A stretch of 64,000 nucleotides of DNA, taken from positions 1-64,000 of the forward strand of contig NW_021830459.1 in assembly GCF_006345805.1 (NCBI RefSeq), written 5' to 3'. How positions within the stretch are numbered: the stretch's first letter is position 1; each line of letters opens with the position of its first letter. The translations under genes were made by a program, and so were the position numbers. The stretch is from Octopus sinensis. Lineage: Eukaryota. Below the pieces are notes generated by a model. That model saw only the letters and a list, made by a program, of their open reading frames with translations. It had not been told where the DNA came from and made no database searches. Below, piece after piece: positions 40,268-53,444 of this stretch.

Positions 40268-40835
40268 ATAATTTTAGATGAATCTTTTCAAGAGAGAACG
40301 CTCAGTATCATGTTCATTTTCTGCTATTTCCTTCGTTTGCTACACAGACGTCTTTATTCCTTATCTATAGAAAGATATTATTAGAAAACGTATAGAAATA
40401 CATTATTAACAAGTATCAATATAATTCCATTGGAATAATATTGATACTTGTAATAATGTATTTCTATACGGACGGGTCATTCGAAGCCTTTAATCTTCAG
40501 TCAAGAACCGGATCATCCTCGCAATTTCGGCTGATTAATCTTGAGATTACCCCAATCTGGCCAGCCCCAAGGAAAAAACTAAGCTAAGAGCATTCGATTC
40601 TTTTCTTTTTTTTTCTGTCTCGCTTTCTGTCTTTTTGCTATTCGGTAAACTCACACGTTTCGTTTCACTTTCTCACCTGTCCTCTCTTCTTCTCTATCAC
40701 TTTCTTTTTTCTATCCTTCGCTCATTCTGTGCCTTTTTCGTTATCGTAACTCTTTATCTTTTTCTTTCCCCCTCCTTTACTCTTTTCCTTACTCTGACCC
40801 GTTCATCCTCTGTGTTTCGTAAAAGATGGAAGTAT

Positions 40836-41217
40836 GGAAGCACTCCTTCGGTTACGACGACGAGGGTTCCGGTTGATCCGAATCAACGGAACAGCCTGCT
40901 CGTGAAATTAACGTGTAAGTGGCTGAGCACTCCACAGACACGTGTACCCTTAACGTAGTTCTCGGGGATATTGAGCGTGACACAGAGAGTGACAAGGCCG
41001 GCCCTTTGAAATACAGGTACAACAGAAACAGGAAGTAAGAGTGAGAGAAAGTTGTGGTGAAAGAGTACAGCAGGGATCACCACCATCCCCTGCCAGAGCC
41101 TCGTGGAGCTTTAGGTGTTTTCGCTCAATAAACACTCACAACGCCCAGTCTGGGAATCGAAACCGCGATCCTATGACCGCGAGTCCGCTGCCCTAACCAC
41201 TGGGCCATTGCGCCTCC
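40836..41217 (-). mobile_element. SINE family A, full length
   Basis: Near-identical to other copies; short TSD AAGTATG. Confidence 0.9.
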
Positions 41218-42713
41218 AAGTATGTCGGGAGTGAAAGAACCTGTTTAAACGAAAATATATAAAAAGGAGAAAGCAAAGTCTTCAGTGTGAGTATGTGGTT
41301 CGTGGGGTCAACTGTGTCCTCCGCTTCATTTTTTGTAAATCACTCATTCTCATTTAATTGTATATATTTTAATTGTTTGTTTATTCATACGTTTCGTTTC
41401 ATTCGATACCTTGACCCCCAATGTTTGTTTTGTCTGTCCTCATATAAATTGTATAAAACGCCATCCGTTTCACGAATTCATGAAAACAAAACGGTGAAGG
41501 AATGTAATGTGTAATTGATCAGATTGAAAAATATAAATTTAATTTTGATTTATCCAAATTTTCAAATTCTAATTAAATACCACGACGCAATTGTTTGATA
41601 AGTCTTCGCATGGCACACAAGCTTCCAACTCTACATTTAGTGCTGGCACCAACGGTCAATCAGGTACTTATCTTGGCAGGTAGTCAACTGGCAATCTACC
41701 AACCAATAGACAGTCGATTATCGATACAGCTAAACAATGATGGTTGTGATGCATGTGCCTGATGTACACCAGGCACATGCATCACAACCATATATGCGCA
41801 ACACGGCTATCTCATATCAAGATAAACATCACATAATCTTGCAGGTGGGCCCTGTTAGAATTTTCTTCAGGTCGAGAGCCCATCCCGCTCAAAAGATCCC
41901 TGAATAAGGTTTGCTTAAAGATGCTGAACAAAGAATTCGTCTTAACACATGGCTATGATACTCCCCCATTACATCTGCTCGTGATTAGAGATGCACATAT
42001 CTTCAGCCACTGAGGGACAGTGGCTCAGCTAGGTAAAGTCACATTAATGACAAGTAGATCTGTGCTATTTAGCAGAATATTTGCTGTAGCTCATCATTTA
42101 TACCAAGACAAAAAGATGTACATGATAATACTTCAGGTCAGTACTGCATCAGGACATTATTTGGGGTGGTAACTAGTGACTGGTCTCTTAATTTTCTTAG
42201 AAGGAAAGAACTCAAGCTTAAATGTAAAAATGTACAATCAAGAGAAATCATCCGGAATTGGAATTGAATACTAATGATTGCTGTTGTATGGCCTACTTTT
42301 AATCATCTCAAAAGTTTTTGAAACTCCCAGGTATATTGTCAAAGTTGTATACACTTTCATTTTAAACAAAAAACAAAAATGTTTATGATTACAATTAACT
42401 TCAACTTTGTTGTATATTCTTTCAGGTGTCGATAAAATAAAGTACAAGTGAAACATTGTGGTCGATGTAATATGCTACCCACCCCACCCGTTCCAACTTC
42501 ACGTTTTCTGCCTACGCGACTGACAGTTAAGCGGAATGGATTAGCATTTCACACAGAAATGTGAAACCAGAGAGAAACATATACATACATACATACATGC
42601 CTGAGTGCGCGTATGCATGTATATAATGTGTATGTATATATATATATATATATACATACTTCCATACATACATCAATATATGCATGCGTACATACACACA
42701 GATATATAAATAT

Positions 42714-42866
42714 GTGGCTGTGTGGTAAGTAGCTTGCAAACCAACCACATGGTTCTGGGTTCAGTCCCACTGCGTGGCACCTTGGGCAAGTGTCTTCTCC
42801 TATAGCCCCGGGCCGACCAATGCCTTGTGAGTGGATTTGGTAGACGGAAACTGAAAGAAGCCTGTC

Positions 42867-42946
<80 letters not shown>

Positions 42947-43141
42947 TTGTCCCCCTAGCATTGCTTGACAACCGATGCTGGTGTGTTTACGTCCCCGTAA
43001 CTTAGCGGTTCGGCAAAAGAGACCGATAGAATAAGTACTGGGCTTACAAAGAATAAGTCCCGGGGTCGATTTGCTCGACTAAAGGCGGTGCTCCAGCATG
43101 GCCGCAGTCAAATGACTGAAACAAGTAAAAGAGTAAAAGAG
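42714..43141 (+). mobile_element. SINE family C, full length, expanded internal (TA)n(TG)n
   Basis: Near-identical to 38726-39099 outside the microsatellite. Confidence 0.9.
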
Positions 43142-43144
43142 AGA

Positions 43145-43332
43145 GTATATATATATATATATATATATATACATACACATATATCATACACACATCAACA
43201 CATGCATGCGTACATACATACATACATACATATGTACGTATGTATGTTTGTATGTATGTATGTATGTATGTATGTTTGTATGTATGTATGTATGTATGTA
43301 TGTATGTATGTATGTATGTATGTATGTATGTT

Positions 43333-43364
<32 letters not shown>

Positions 43365-43404
43365 TGTTTGTATGTATGTATGTATGTATGTATGTATGTA
43401 TGTA

Positions 43405-43435
<31 letters not shown>

Positions 43436-44076
43436 ATGTATGTATGTATGTATGTATGTATGTATGTATGTATGTGTGTATGTATGTATGTATGTATGTA
43501 TGTATGTATGTATGTATGTATGTATGTATGTATTATGTGTATGACGTCAGACGCAATGGACTTGAAATGTCAGCTTGATTTTGAAATAAAAAAGTTGCTG
43601 TTGTTGTCGTTGGAGTCGTTACCTTTGTGTGTGTGTGTGCCACACTCTCGTATTCACCACGCATACTTTCAAATACATAAACACACTCTCACATGAATGT
43701 AACCTTTCCTGTATAAGTACACATACACACACACACATATACACACAGGTACACATACACACAGGCACACATACACACACAGGCACGTATGTGTGTGTGT
43801 GTATGTATGTATAACACATGTGTGCGTGTGGTTGTGCGTGCGCTTAAGAGACTAAAAGTCAGAAGAATACTAATCTGATTTTTTCACTTTTCACATCAGA
43901 TTAAAAACTAATCAGGCAATGTGGTGACGTCATCAACTCCAAATATGGCAATGTCACCGCATTACAGAGTTCGACTCTTCTTTGTTCATATATATATGTA
44001 TATATGCATATATACATATATATATATATATGTGTGTGTTATATATATATATATATATATAATATATATATATGTG

Positions 44077-44128
<52 letters not shown>

Positions 44129-44297
44129 GTATACACTTACGTATACCTATATATTTATACATACAAATTTTTATATATCTATACTATATATATATTCTTA
44201 CATAATTGTATATTATATGCGTGTATATATATCTATATATCTATATATATATATTTATCTTTCTATCTATCTATCTACATATATATATATATAATAT

Positions 44298-44332
<35 letters not shown>

Positions 44333-44413
44333 CATATATATATACTTGTACATATACATAAATATACATATGTATATATACATATTGTATACACATATAT
44401 ATATATGCATATG

Positions 44414-44445
<32 letters not shown>

Positions 44446-44500
44446 TTATATATATATATATATATATATTCATATATATATATATATATATACATATATA
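43145..44500. repeat. (TATG)n, (CA)n and (TA)n microsatellite field with short unique spacers
   Basis: Seen directly. Confidence 0.9.
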
Positions 44501-46510
44501 CATATTCATTTTGAGAAAAGTTTTTAACCTTCCGCGTGTTGTTGCTGCTCTCTCGTTTTTAATGCCTGAATAATCATTAGATGACATTTTTGGGTAGTTT
44601 TTTTTTAATGTTTTACATGTTATTTTATATATCTGTCGATAGTATTTTTTGCTTCACCACACTCTTGTTCTTGTTGTTGGTGTTGTTGGTGTTGGTGTTA
44701 TAGATAATGTTGACAGCGTTGTTCTTTTTGCTGTTGTTGTATGTAATGTGGTGTTTGTTGTTATTGTTTTTTGTGTGAGAAGTGATTATATTCTTTGTTG
44801 TATTATGTGTTGTTGTTGTTGGTGGTGGTGGTAGTTGTGGTGGTCGTGTTCGTGGTAGTGTTGTTGTTGTTGGTGGTGGTGATGCTGGTTTTGGTGTTGT
44901 TGGTGTTGATGATGGTAATGTTTTTGCGCGTTGTTCTGACGTAGTTACTCTTGTTTTTAACGTGTTGTGCTTCTTCGTATTGTTAACGTTGCTGCTCAAT
45001 GTTTTTGACATTATTGTGGCTAAGGAGGCGATCTGGCAGAGGCGTTTGGAAGCTGGACAAAATACTTCAACGCATTTTCCCCGTTTTACATGGTGAGTTC
45101 CAACTCTACCGGGGTTGATGTTTGCAATTCATACTTTCTGAGTTCTATGAAATAAATACCAGTCGAACATTGGGATCGATCCAATCGATTATTCTCCTCT
45201 CCCAAATCTCAGGCCTTCTACCTCTATTAGAAAAGGATTATTATTATTATTATTGATTTTGAGAGCAGTGCATACCATCAAAGTGACACTGGGGTACGAA
45301 TATACGAAGCCTCTGTATACCCATCACGACTACCCGTCTGATAAGGTCATCCTCATCCCCATCCTCATCCTCATCTCCTCCTTCCTCCTCCTCCTCCCAT
45401 TCAACCTTCTCCTCCCCTCCTCCCCCTTTTCCTCCCGCTTCTTCTCTCCTCATCCTCTCCCTCCCCTCCACTTCCCCCCCCCTCCTCTGTCCGTCTTCTG
45501 AACATTGTTTGAACAGATATGAAACCAAAAATCATTGCAATTGTGCCAATCGGGCATAGTGTATCGAAGACTACATTAATCAATGCGTCTTCTTTAAATA
45601 GTTGAACTCGATCTGATGTGAAGTTTTGTCCGCCAAGTCTAGCACGCCTATGTCCCCTTCGTAAATTCCGTTTACAACCCAACCCACCACACCCACACGC
45701 ATATACATACACCCATCCACACATACACACATGCAAGCGCACATACACACACACGTATCCACATACACACTATCGGATTCAGTCACCACCACAGTCAACA
45801 CCATTACAACAAGTTTAGCCGGGTTTTTCAGTTTTTACGTCTCACTGACGTTCATATCTTCAAATGAACAAGCAGCCGTCGTACACGAGCGATGGATTCA
45901 GTTACTATGGAAACTAAATCAGTTCTGCCATCGACGACTTCTAATTTGTTTTTGAACTAAGAATATTAGAATTAGAATATGTGAAATGGTGATGTCATTC
46001 TCAAGATATTTAATGTTGTCTGCATCAAAACGCTAATTAAATAAATTAGCTTAATGACTAACATATTTTCATCATTTCAACAAGTACTGGAGACATCGGA
46101 CACGAGTAGGATGAGATAATTAGCATATTTAATGGGGAAAAAATTAACCGCAGAAAGAAACCAAGCGTGTGAAGAAGAGAAGTAGTCAAGATGATGTTGA
46201 CGTAATTAATGCAGCGTGCATCAAAAATCTAATTAAGTATGTTTATATGATGAGAAAAGAGTCAGCGTTAGCTCCGTGGCTAATATTATTTTAATCATTT
46301 CTCTATGTACGAAAGATAACCAGGTGTGTGAAGAGACTTGTTGCATTTGCAGTGCTGCTTCGCCTCCATTACAAATATCCAGAGTCGGTATTTCAATAAA
46401 AATAAAGGTTTGTACATTTACAAAAGCATATGACTTCTCGTTCTCGACTCTCTACATTATTATTACAAACAATAACCTCGTCCAAAAGGTCTAAGGTATT
46501 GATATCTCGT

Positions 46511-47080
46511 AGGCGGCGAGCTGGCAGGAACGTTAGTACGCCGGGCGAAATGCGTTGCCGTATTTAGTCTGCCGTTACGTTCTGAGTTCAAATTCCGCCG
46601 AGGTCGACTTTACCTTTCATCCTTTCGGGGTCGATAAATTAAGTACCAGTTACGCACTGGGGTCGATGTAATCGACTTAATCCGTATGTCTGTCCTTGTT
46701 TGTCCCCTCTATGTTTAGCCCCCTGTGGGTAATAAAGAAATAAGAAACGTTAGCACGCCGGGCGAAATGCGTAGCTGTATTTCGTCTGTCGTTACGTTCT
46801 GAGTTCAAATTCCGCCGAGGTCGACTTTGCCTTTCATCTTTCCGAGGTCGATAAATTAAGTACCAGTTACGCACTGCGGTCGATGTAATCAACTTAATCC
46901 GTTTGTCTGTCCTTGTTTGTCCTCTCTGTGTTTAGCCCCTTGTGGGTAGCAAAGAAATAGGTATTTCGACCGTCGCTACGTTCTGAGTTCAAATTTCGCC
47001 GAGGTCGACTTTGGATTTCATCCTTTCCGGGGCGATTAAATAAGTACCAGTTACGCACTGGGGTCGATCTAATCGACTTG
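46511..47080 (+). mobile_element. SINE family B trimer
   Basis: Junctions near 46742 (to AGAAACGTTAGC) and 46960 (GAAATA-GG-TATTTC); a diverged copy follows at about 47147-47300. Confidence 0.88.
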
Positions 47081-48005
47081 ATCTCCTCCCGCATGTTGCC
47101 CTTGTGGAAAAAATTTGAAATCATTATCGTACTACTCTTCACTCCAAAGGTGGCGATCTGGCAGAATTGTTAGCATGCCGGGAAAATTGCTTAACCGGCA
47201 TTTCGCCGTCCTCACATTCTGAGCACAAATTCTGCCGAGGTAGTCTTCACCTTACATTTCTTCGAAGTTGATAATATAAAGACAATTTGAACACCAGGAC
47301 TGATGTAACTGCCCCAAAATTGCTGGCCTTGTGCCAAAGTTTGAACCGAATATTATTCTTATTATTAGGGCGGCGACCTGTTCGAATCGTTAGCACGGTA
47401 GGCAAAATTCTTGGTGGCATTTAACCCGTCTCTACGTTCCGAGTTGAAATACCCACAATTTTCCAGTTTTATATTTTATCTGAGATAAATGTATTTAGTA
47501 CCTCCTGAAATTAGTATTGTCTAAAATCTCCGGTGTCTCTGTCATAGCAAAATCATAAATGAATGTAGCCATATCGAAACAGTTCAATTACGATAAAATC
47601 GTTTCAGGAGGAATACTTGGAGACAGAATATCAACAACACTAGCGATACCGTAGATTATCCACGGTCATGAACCAGAATTACAAAAAGAGTAAAATATAT
47701 TTTCAAATGACGAAGCGTATTTGAATAACCGTTGTCTCTTGTCACTTCCTCAGGCAGTTAAATCTCTGTGACGTTTTTTGCTGGAGCTAAGATTCCCACT
47801 TCACATCAAATATGACCGAGTGGATCTGAGGTGAAAAATCAGAGGTTGGCAAAACGTCATGGAAATGGTCTGCAATAGAAAAGGATTTTATGCCTTGCAG
47901 GTATATGAAAATGAAACAAAATATTAAACCGTGACCTTGGGAGACTATATATTTTAAAAGACGAATATAATGAAGGAATCGCTAAAGATTTAATGACATC
48001 AGATT

Positions 48006-48386
48006 GGAAGCACTCCGTCGGTTACGACGATGAGGGTTCCGGTTGATCCGATCAACGTAACAGCCTGCTCGTGAAATTAACGTGTAAGTGGCTGAGCACT
48101 CCACAGACACGTGTACCCTTAACGTACTTCTCGGGGATATTCAGCGTGACACAGAGAGTGAAAAGGCCGGCCCCTTGAAATACAGGTACAACAGAAACAG
48201 GAAGTAAGAGTGAGAGAAAGTTGTGGTGAAAGAGTACAGCAGGGATCATCACCATCCCCTGCCGGAGCCTCGTGGAGCTTTAGGTGTTTTCGCTCAATAA
48301 ACACTCACAACGCCCGGTCTGGGAATCGAAACCGCGATCTTACGACTGCGAGTCCGCTGCCCTAACCACTGGGCCATTGCGCCTCC
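48006..48386 (-). mobile_element. SINE family A, full length
   Basis: TSD TGACATCAGATTG (47994-48006 / 48389-48401). Confidence 0.9.
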
Positions 48387-49349
48387 TTTGACATCAGATT
48401 GAGACATGTATGAATCAGTATTTGGTGAAGAGCAAAACATTTTTAGTTAGGGTGAATGTTGGTGGTTTTGTGCATCAGTTTGTTATTTACAATATCACGT
48501 TGAGAAACTTCTATTGTTTCGAAGTCACTGCTATGATCATAGTTTTGCTTTATCATTCGGTATTGAGTTTTAATTGAGCGCTTCCTCGCAGTTTACAAAG
48601 ACAGTAAGGAACTTTGGATGCCAAGTCTCACATTCAATAAAATCGGTGAATTGGATGAAATGAGGTTGCTGTCCGGATTTGACACACGGCTGTTGTTTGT
48701 TATTCTAAATATTGTTGTTGTTGTTGTTTTGATGATGATAACGATGGTCCCTAATGATTATGATAATGACGATGATGATGACGACGACACTAATAAAATT
48801 TATAGTTGTAGTGATTACATAATTTGATGGGCATTTTACTGCCGAGTCCTTTTATATACATAATTATAAAACTTCCATCTATAAGAAAAGGAAATGTACG
48901 TGATCTGGAGGGACACATTTATCAATCGCCATCTTCCAGATTTATTCACAATATTAGCTGCGCACACAAGTTGCAAGGAATCTTCCAGGTTTCCATCAGT
49001 TTTGGAATAAATGATCGCGTGATCAGCTAAATTTATATGATCGATAGAGTTTGAAGAAATACAGTTTGTCGGGATACCGCTAATGGCGCCAGCTTCCGGT
49101 TAACACCAGATGCACTTGGAACGTTTTAAAGCAATTTCAAAACGTAAGTCCGTTCTTAAGTTTATTATACACACACATTTCTACACACACACACACACAC
49201 ACACCACACACACACACACACACACACCTGCTCACGTACACACACACATACACACATGTATTCATAAGTATGTATACAGGCATGTAGGTATGTATACATG
49301 TATGAATGTATGTACGTACGTATGTATGTATATATGTATGTGTGTATAT

Positions 49350-49492
49350 TTACTCTTTTTACTGTTTTACTTGTTTCAGTCATTTGACTGCGGCCATGCT
49401 GGAGCACCGCCTTTAGTCGAGCAAATCGACCACAGGACTTATTCTTTGTAAGCCCAGTACTTGTTCTATCGGTCACTTTTGCCGAACCGCTA
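49350..49492 (-). mobile_element. SINE-C 3' fragment
   Basis: Near-identical to 38726-38850. Confidence 0.85.
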
Positions 49493-49520
49493 TATATATA
49501 TGTATATATGTATGTTTGTG

Positions 49521-49552
<32 letters not shown>

Positions 49553-50763
49553 TGTATGTGGTTAGAGCGTCGGGCTCATAATCATGAGGTAGCGAGTTCG
49601 ATTCCCGGACCAGGCTGTCTGTTCTATTCTTGGGCAATGTCACATTACTTTAAGTCACTTAAATTCAATCAGCTGTAGAATTGAGTTACGACGTCACTGG
49701 TGCCAAACTGTATCAGCCTTTCCCTTGGATAGCATCGGTGGTGTTGAGAGGTTTCACATTTCGTTAATGGAAAATTTGTCTTCTAATATCACAGGGTCTT
49801 TTATGTCCTAGATATAATCGACTGTCCTGCCTCAAATTTCTACTCTTGTACCGATGTTGACTATTAATTTTTTAATACATATTTCGATTAAAGAATTTGT
49901 TATTGAGCTACGATCTAGCAGAGAGTCATTTGATGCGAACGAATAAATTATTAGCACCTCTACTTTAAATACATTACAGAAAAGGACAAACACAACACTG
50001 TTGGGATTTGAACTCATACCACGAAAGAACAAAGAAGAACTCTGTGAAACAGTGAAATGGTTCTCTAACACTTTTGCTAACAAGTGTCAAGATCGTTGTT
50101 AAATGTCGATAGTTTGGTTCGGTTCTGCGATAAAAAGTTAGGACAATAACACAATGAAAGTCGGTCAATTAGCTGACTTGGCCACTTCTCTTATCCAGTT
50201 AAATATTGATCGACTTAATGGTTGACTCTCATTACAAGAACAACAACAACAACAACAACAACAATAGCAGCAGCAGGGACAATAATAACAGCAACAATAA
50301 ACACAAACTCATATTTCATGTCCGATCTAGATATAGAAAGGTTGCTGGTAATGAGTGAGAAGTTGAGGTAATTTTTTTAACAAGATACAATATATTGTAT
50401 AAATAACTTCCGACATAGCGAATTGCATATCAGCATTTAATCAGCATTCGATATCCCCATGATAGGAATACGTGTGGGCGGAAAAGATTCGTATCAAATA
50501 GGTCAGCCTTTCATGATACCAACAGTAACACTGTTCCCTCCGTTGTTGTTTACAAAGCATGAAGATAAAATCGCTCTCAGCACAACATTTAATGGATGGC
50601 GAAATGTAGCGAGAACCATAAATGCAGGAATTTAACAAAAAGACCTTAATCCCACGGAGAAAGCAAAATAAACAACATACACACACAATCCCACACATGC
50701 TCACACACATATATGTTCATATATACATACTTATTAATATTATATATATATATACAAATGTGT

Positions 50764-50836
<73 letters not shown>

Positions 50837-51769
50837 TGTGTGCATGCATGAATATGTATCTTTCATTGAGCTGATGAAGACTACACAGTTGAAATCACGA
50901 AGTAGCCGCCATATTTTTTTTCTATTGAAAGGCATTGAGTGATCCTTCAACTTAGTATTCGGCTGTTTTTATAAGTAAATATACATAAACACCCCCAGAT
51001 ATACACACACATGCACACACAAGCACACCTACATATATGAGAGAGAAAGAGAGAGAGAGTGATAGAGATGGTGTCAGTTATATATATATATATATACACA
51101 CACACACATATATACATACATACCTATACATACATATAAACACGAGTGTGTGTGTGTATAGGCTAGCGCTTTTGGGGTAGAATTCTCATAAGAAGCATTC
51201 CGACCTCTTTCTCCCATATAGGTGTACAGCCCAGCACCACATTATCCAATGCATCGATACACTTTTCAGAGTGTAAGTTCAAATAATTTGACCGCTGCAA
51301 AGGATTTTGTAGATCATGAGCCTCTGGATCTCATCTTTTGACCTTCTCTGTCTATATATATGAATATATGTATGTATTTATATACCCGGCTGCATATATG
51401 AAATATATTTTCCTTTTGTGTGTATGAGCCATGATATACTTTGGGAGGGGCGTACTATTTATAAACATTCGCGCTAGGTTTTGCTCACTTCAGTTTTAAT
51501 CATATCATAGATGTTTCGCTCAACTATGAACTTTTCAATAATTTCTGTTGTTCAGCTGATTTACTTTTATGTTATCTATTTCGTTTTCATTCTGCCTTTT
51601 ATATTATTTACTCCATATTCGCTTGTTTTAATTTTTCTACTGTCAAGATAAATACGTCTGCATGCAGCATGTAACTTGTGTGTATAAAAGTGTTTGTGAT
51701 ATTTTGAGTATAAGTGATTGTAATCTATATGAGTAGAGACGGGCTTCAGTTGATTTTGATCTTATATCA

Positions 51770-52210
51770 ATGTGGCTGGTGGCAGATGCAGTGGCATTTT
51801 CAGAATGCACACTGCCTCTGTAACCTGTCGCAATGTAGAACTTTTAGATGTGTGGAAAGTACTTTTGTTTCAATATTGTTTATTGATCCATAGTGATTTT
51901 GCATTGCATGTTGCTGAAATTCCTACACTAGCATTTCCTGCAGCCTTTGTGGTAAACTATAATCTTATATTAGTCGTTTATCAATCTGTTGGTTGTGCAT
52001 ACTCTGCAGTTGTCAGCGGATAGAGATGCTTTTCTAAAGGAATACCACTAATGGAAAACTGACTTGATGCACCTGCTTGGTTTTCAGGCTCCTTCAATTT
52101 CTACAGTGTTTTCCCAAATGTGTCGGTTTGCACTTTTCTGGATGTAGCATCTATGAATATTACACCTTTTAATTTGCTGCCATACCAACCTCCTACTTTC
52201 TCTGACTAGT
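51770..52210 (-). mobile_element. Probable Penelope-like endonuclease remnant
   Basis: DNCRVC and TLRQVTEAVCI resemble the RQ..EA..I motif at the end of GIY-YIG domains; heavily decayed. Confidence 0.35.
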
Positions 52211-52558
52211 TCCTTTTCAGTTATAGCAACAGAACGAAATACTTCACAGACAAGAAATTTAGTGTTCGATCAATCTGGCAAGAAAAGAGTTAGATATGCT
52301 AATCGATCCATCGAGCTGATCATAACTTCTAGTATTTGCGGTTTTATACGCAGTATGTTCTTGGATCTTTGGCGAAGAGTCCAGCGTGGTGTGAAACGTT
52401 CGTACAGCTATTTGGTCTTTTCTGTCGACAAATAGATTGTACAGACGTATTATTTACAGTAGTTATAACACCATGTGTTGACAATTTCACCGTTAGATAA
52501 GTTATAGTACATTATAGCGATGAAACCACACTTGACTATATATATACATATATATCTA

Positions 52559-52605
<47 letters not shown>

Positions 52606-52607
52606 AT

Positions 52608-52653
<46 letters not shown>

Positions 52654-52920
52654 CATATATATATGTATGTATATATATACACATATATGTATATATATAT
52701 ATATCTATATATATATATATATATAGGTATCTATATGTTTACACACACACATACATATGTACACATACTTGCTTATATACGATAAAATTACAATACGACA
52801 AGATACACACAAACATACAAATATACAAATATGCATATATGCATACATACATACATGAATACATGCATATATCCATGCAAGCATACATACATGCATACAT
52901 ACATAACATACGCACTCACA

Positions 52921-52954
<34 letters not shown>

Positions 52955-53174
52955 CATACCATCGGCTGATCCTAATTAGTTGTGTTGATTTGTCTAGAAA
53001 CGATGTCGTATCATTTCGTAACAGAAGCAGATGTCTCTTCCGTTTTGCCGTTAGGTGTGAAGACACAAGTTAGTGTAGACATGATTACATCGCCATTACT
53101 AGTGGACTGAACCTACTAACCCAATTATCTTACCATAGGCATTGTACAAGTTGCTGCGACACTTGGATACTTAC

Positions 53175-53248
53175 GGCGTCAACAAAATCAGCGACACTGG
53201 GGAGGCCGCCAGCCTGTTCGTTTCTCATGGCTTCGACATTTTTTTTAT
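53175..53248 (-). CDS. Candidate exon (74 nt), possibly a first coding exon
   Basis: Donor |gtaagt; only one frame open, xKKNVEAMRNEQAGGLPSVADFVDA, with gccATG context; weak acceptor; CpG-rich stretch just upstream. Confidence 0.25.
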
Positions 53249-53444
53249 CTGTTTATCAAGTGAGCTGGTTTTCACACACGCGTGCGCGTCCCACCATCGC
53301 ACCACCATCACAACCACTTGTAAGTGGATGTTTTGCATTGGGTTTTTCTTACAGATGAATCATTGGTCCTGTTGGAATAATTTCCATACCTAATTATTTT
53401 GTAGCAGAGGTTCTGAGTGAGAGGGGAAGATGTGAGACGACCAC

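Noticed and set aside
47600-47700. Minus-strand S*PWIIYGIASVVDILSPSIP, resembling farnesyltransferase beta SRPWLCYW...
   Set aside because: In-frame stop, no flanking similarity; likely coincidence.
48585-48700. Plus-strand ELWMPSLTFN, resembling the Cys-loop receptor W.P motif
   Set aside because: Only three or four matching residues, no invariant Asp, and no other receptor exons found.
50441-50635. 64-codon plus-strand frame (SAFDIPMIGIRVGGKDSYQIGQPF...) also open on the minus strand
   Set aside because: No recognisable motif or strong splice pair; cannot be distinguished from chance.
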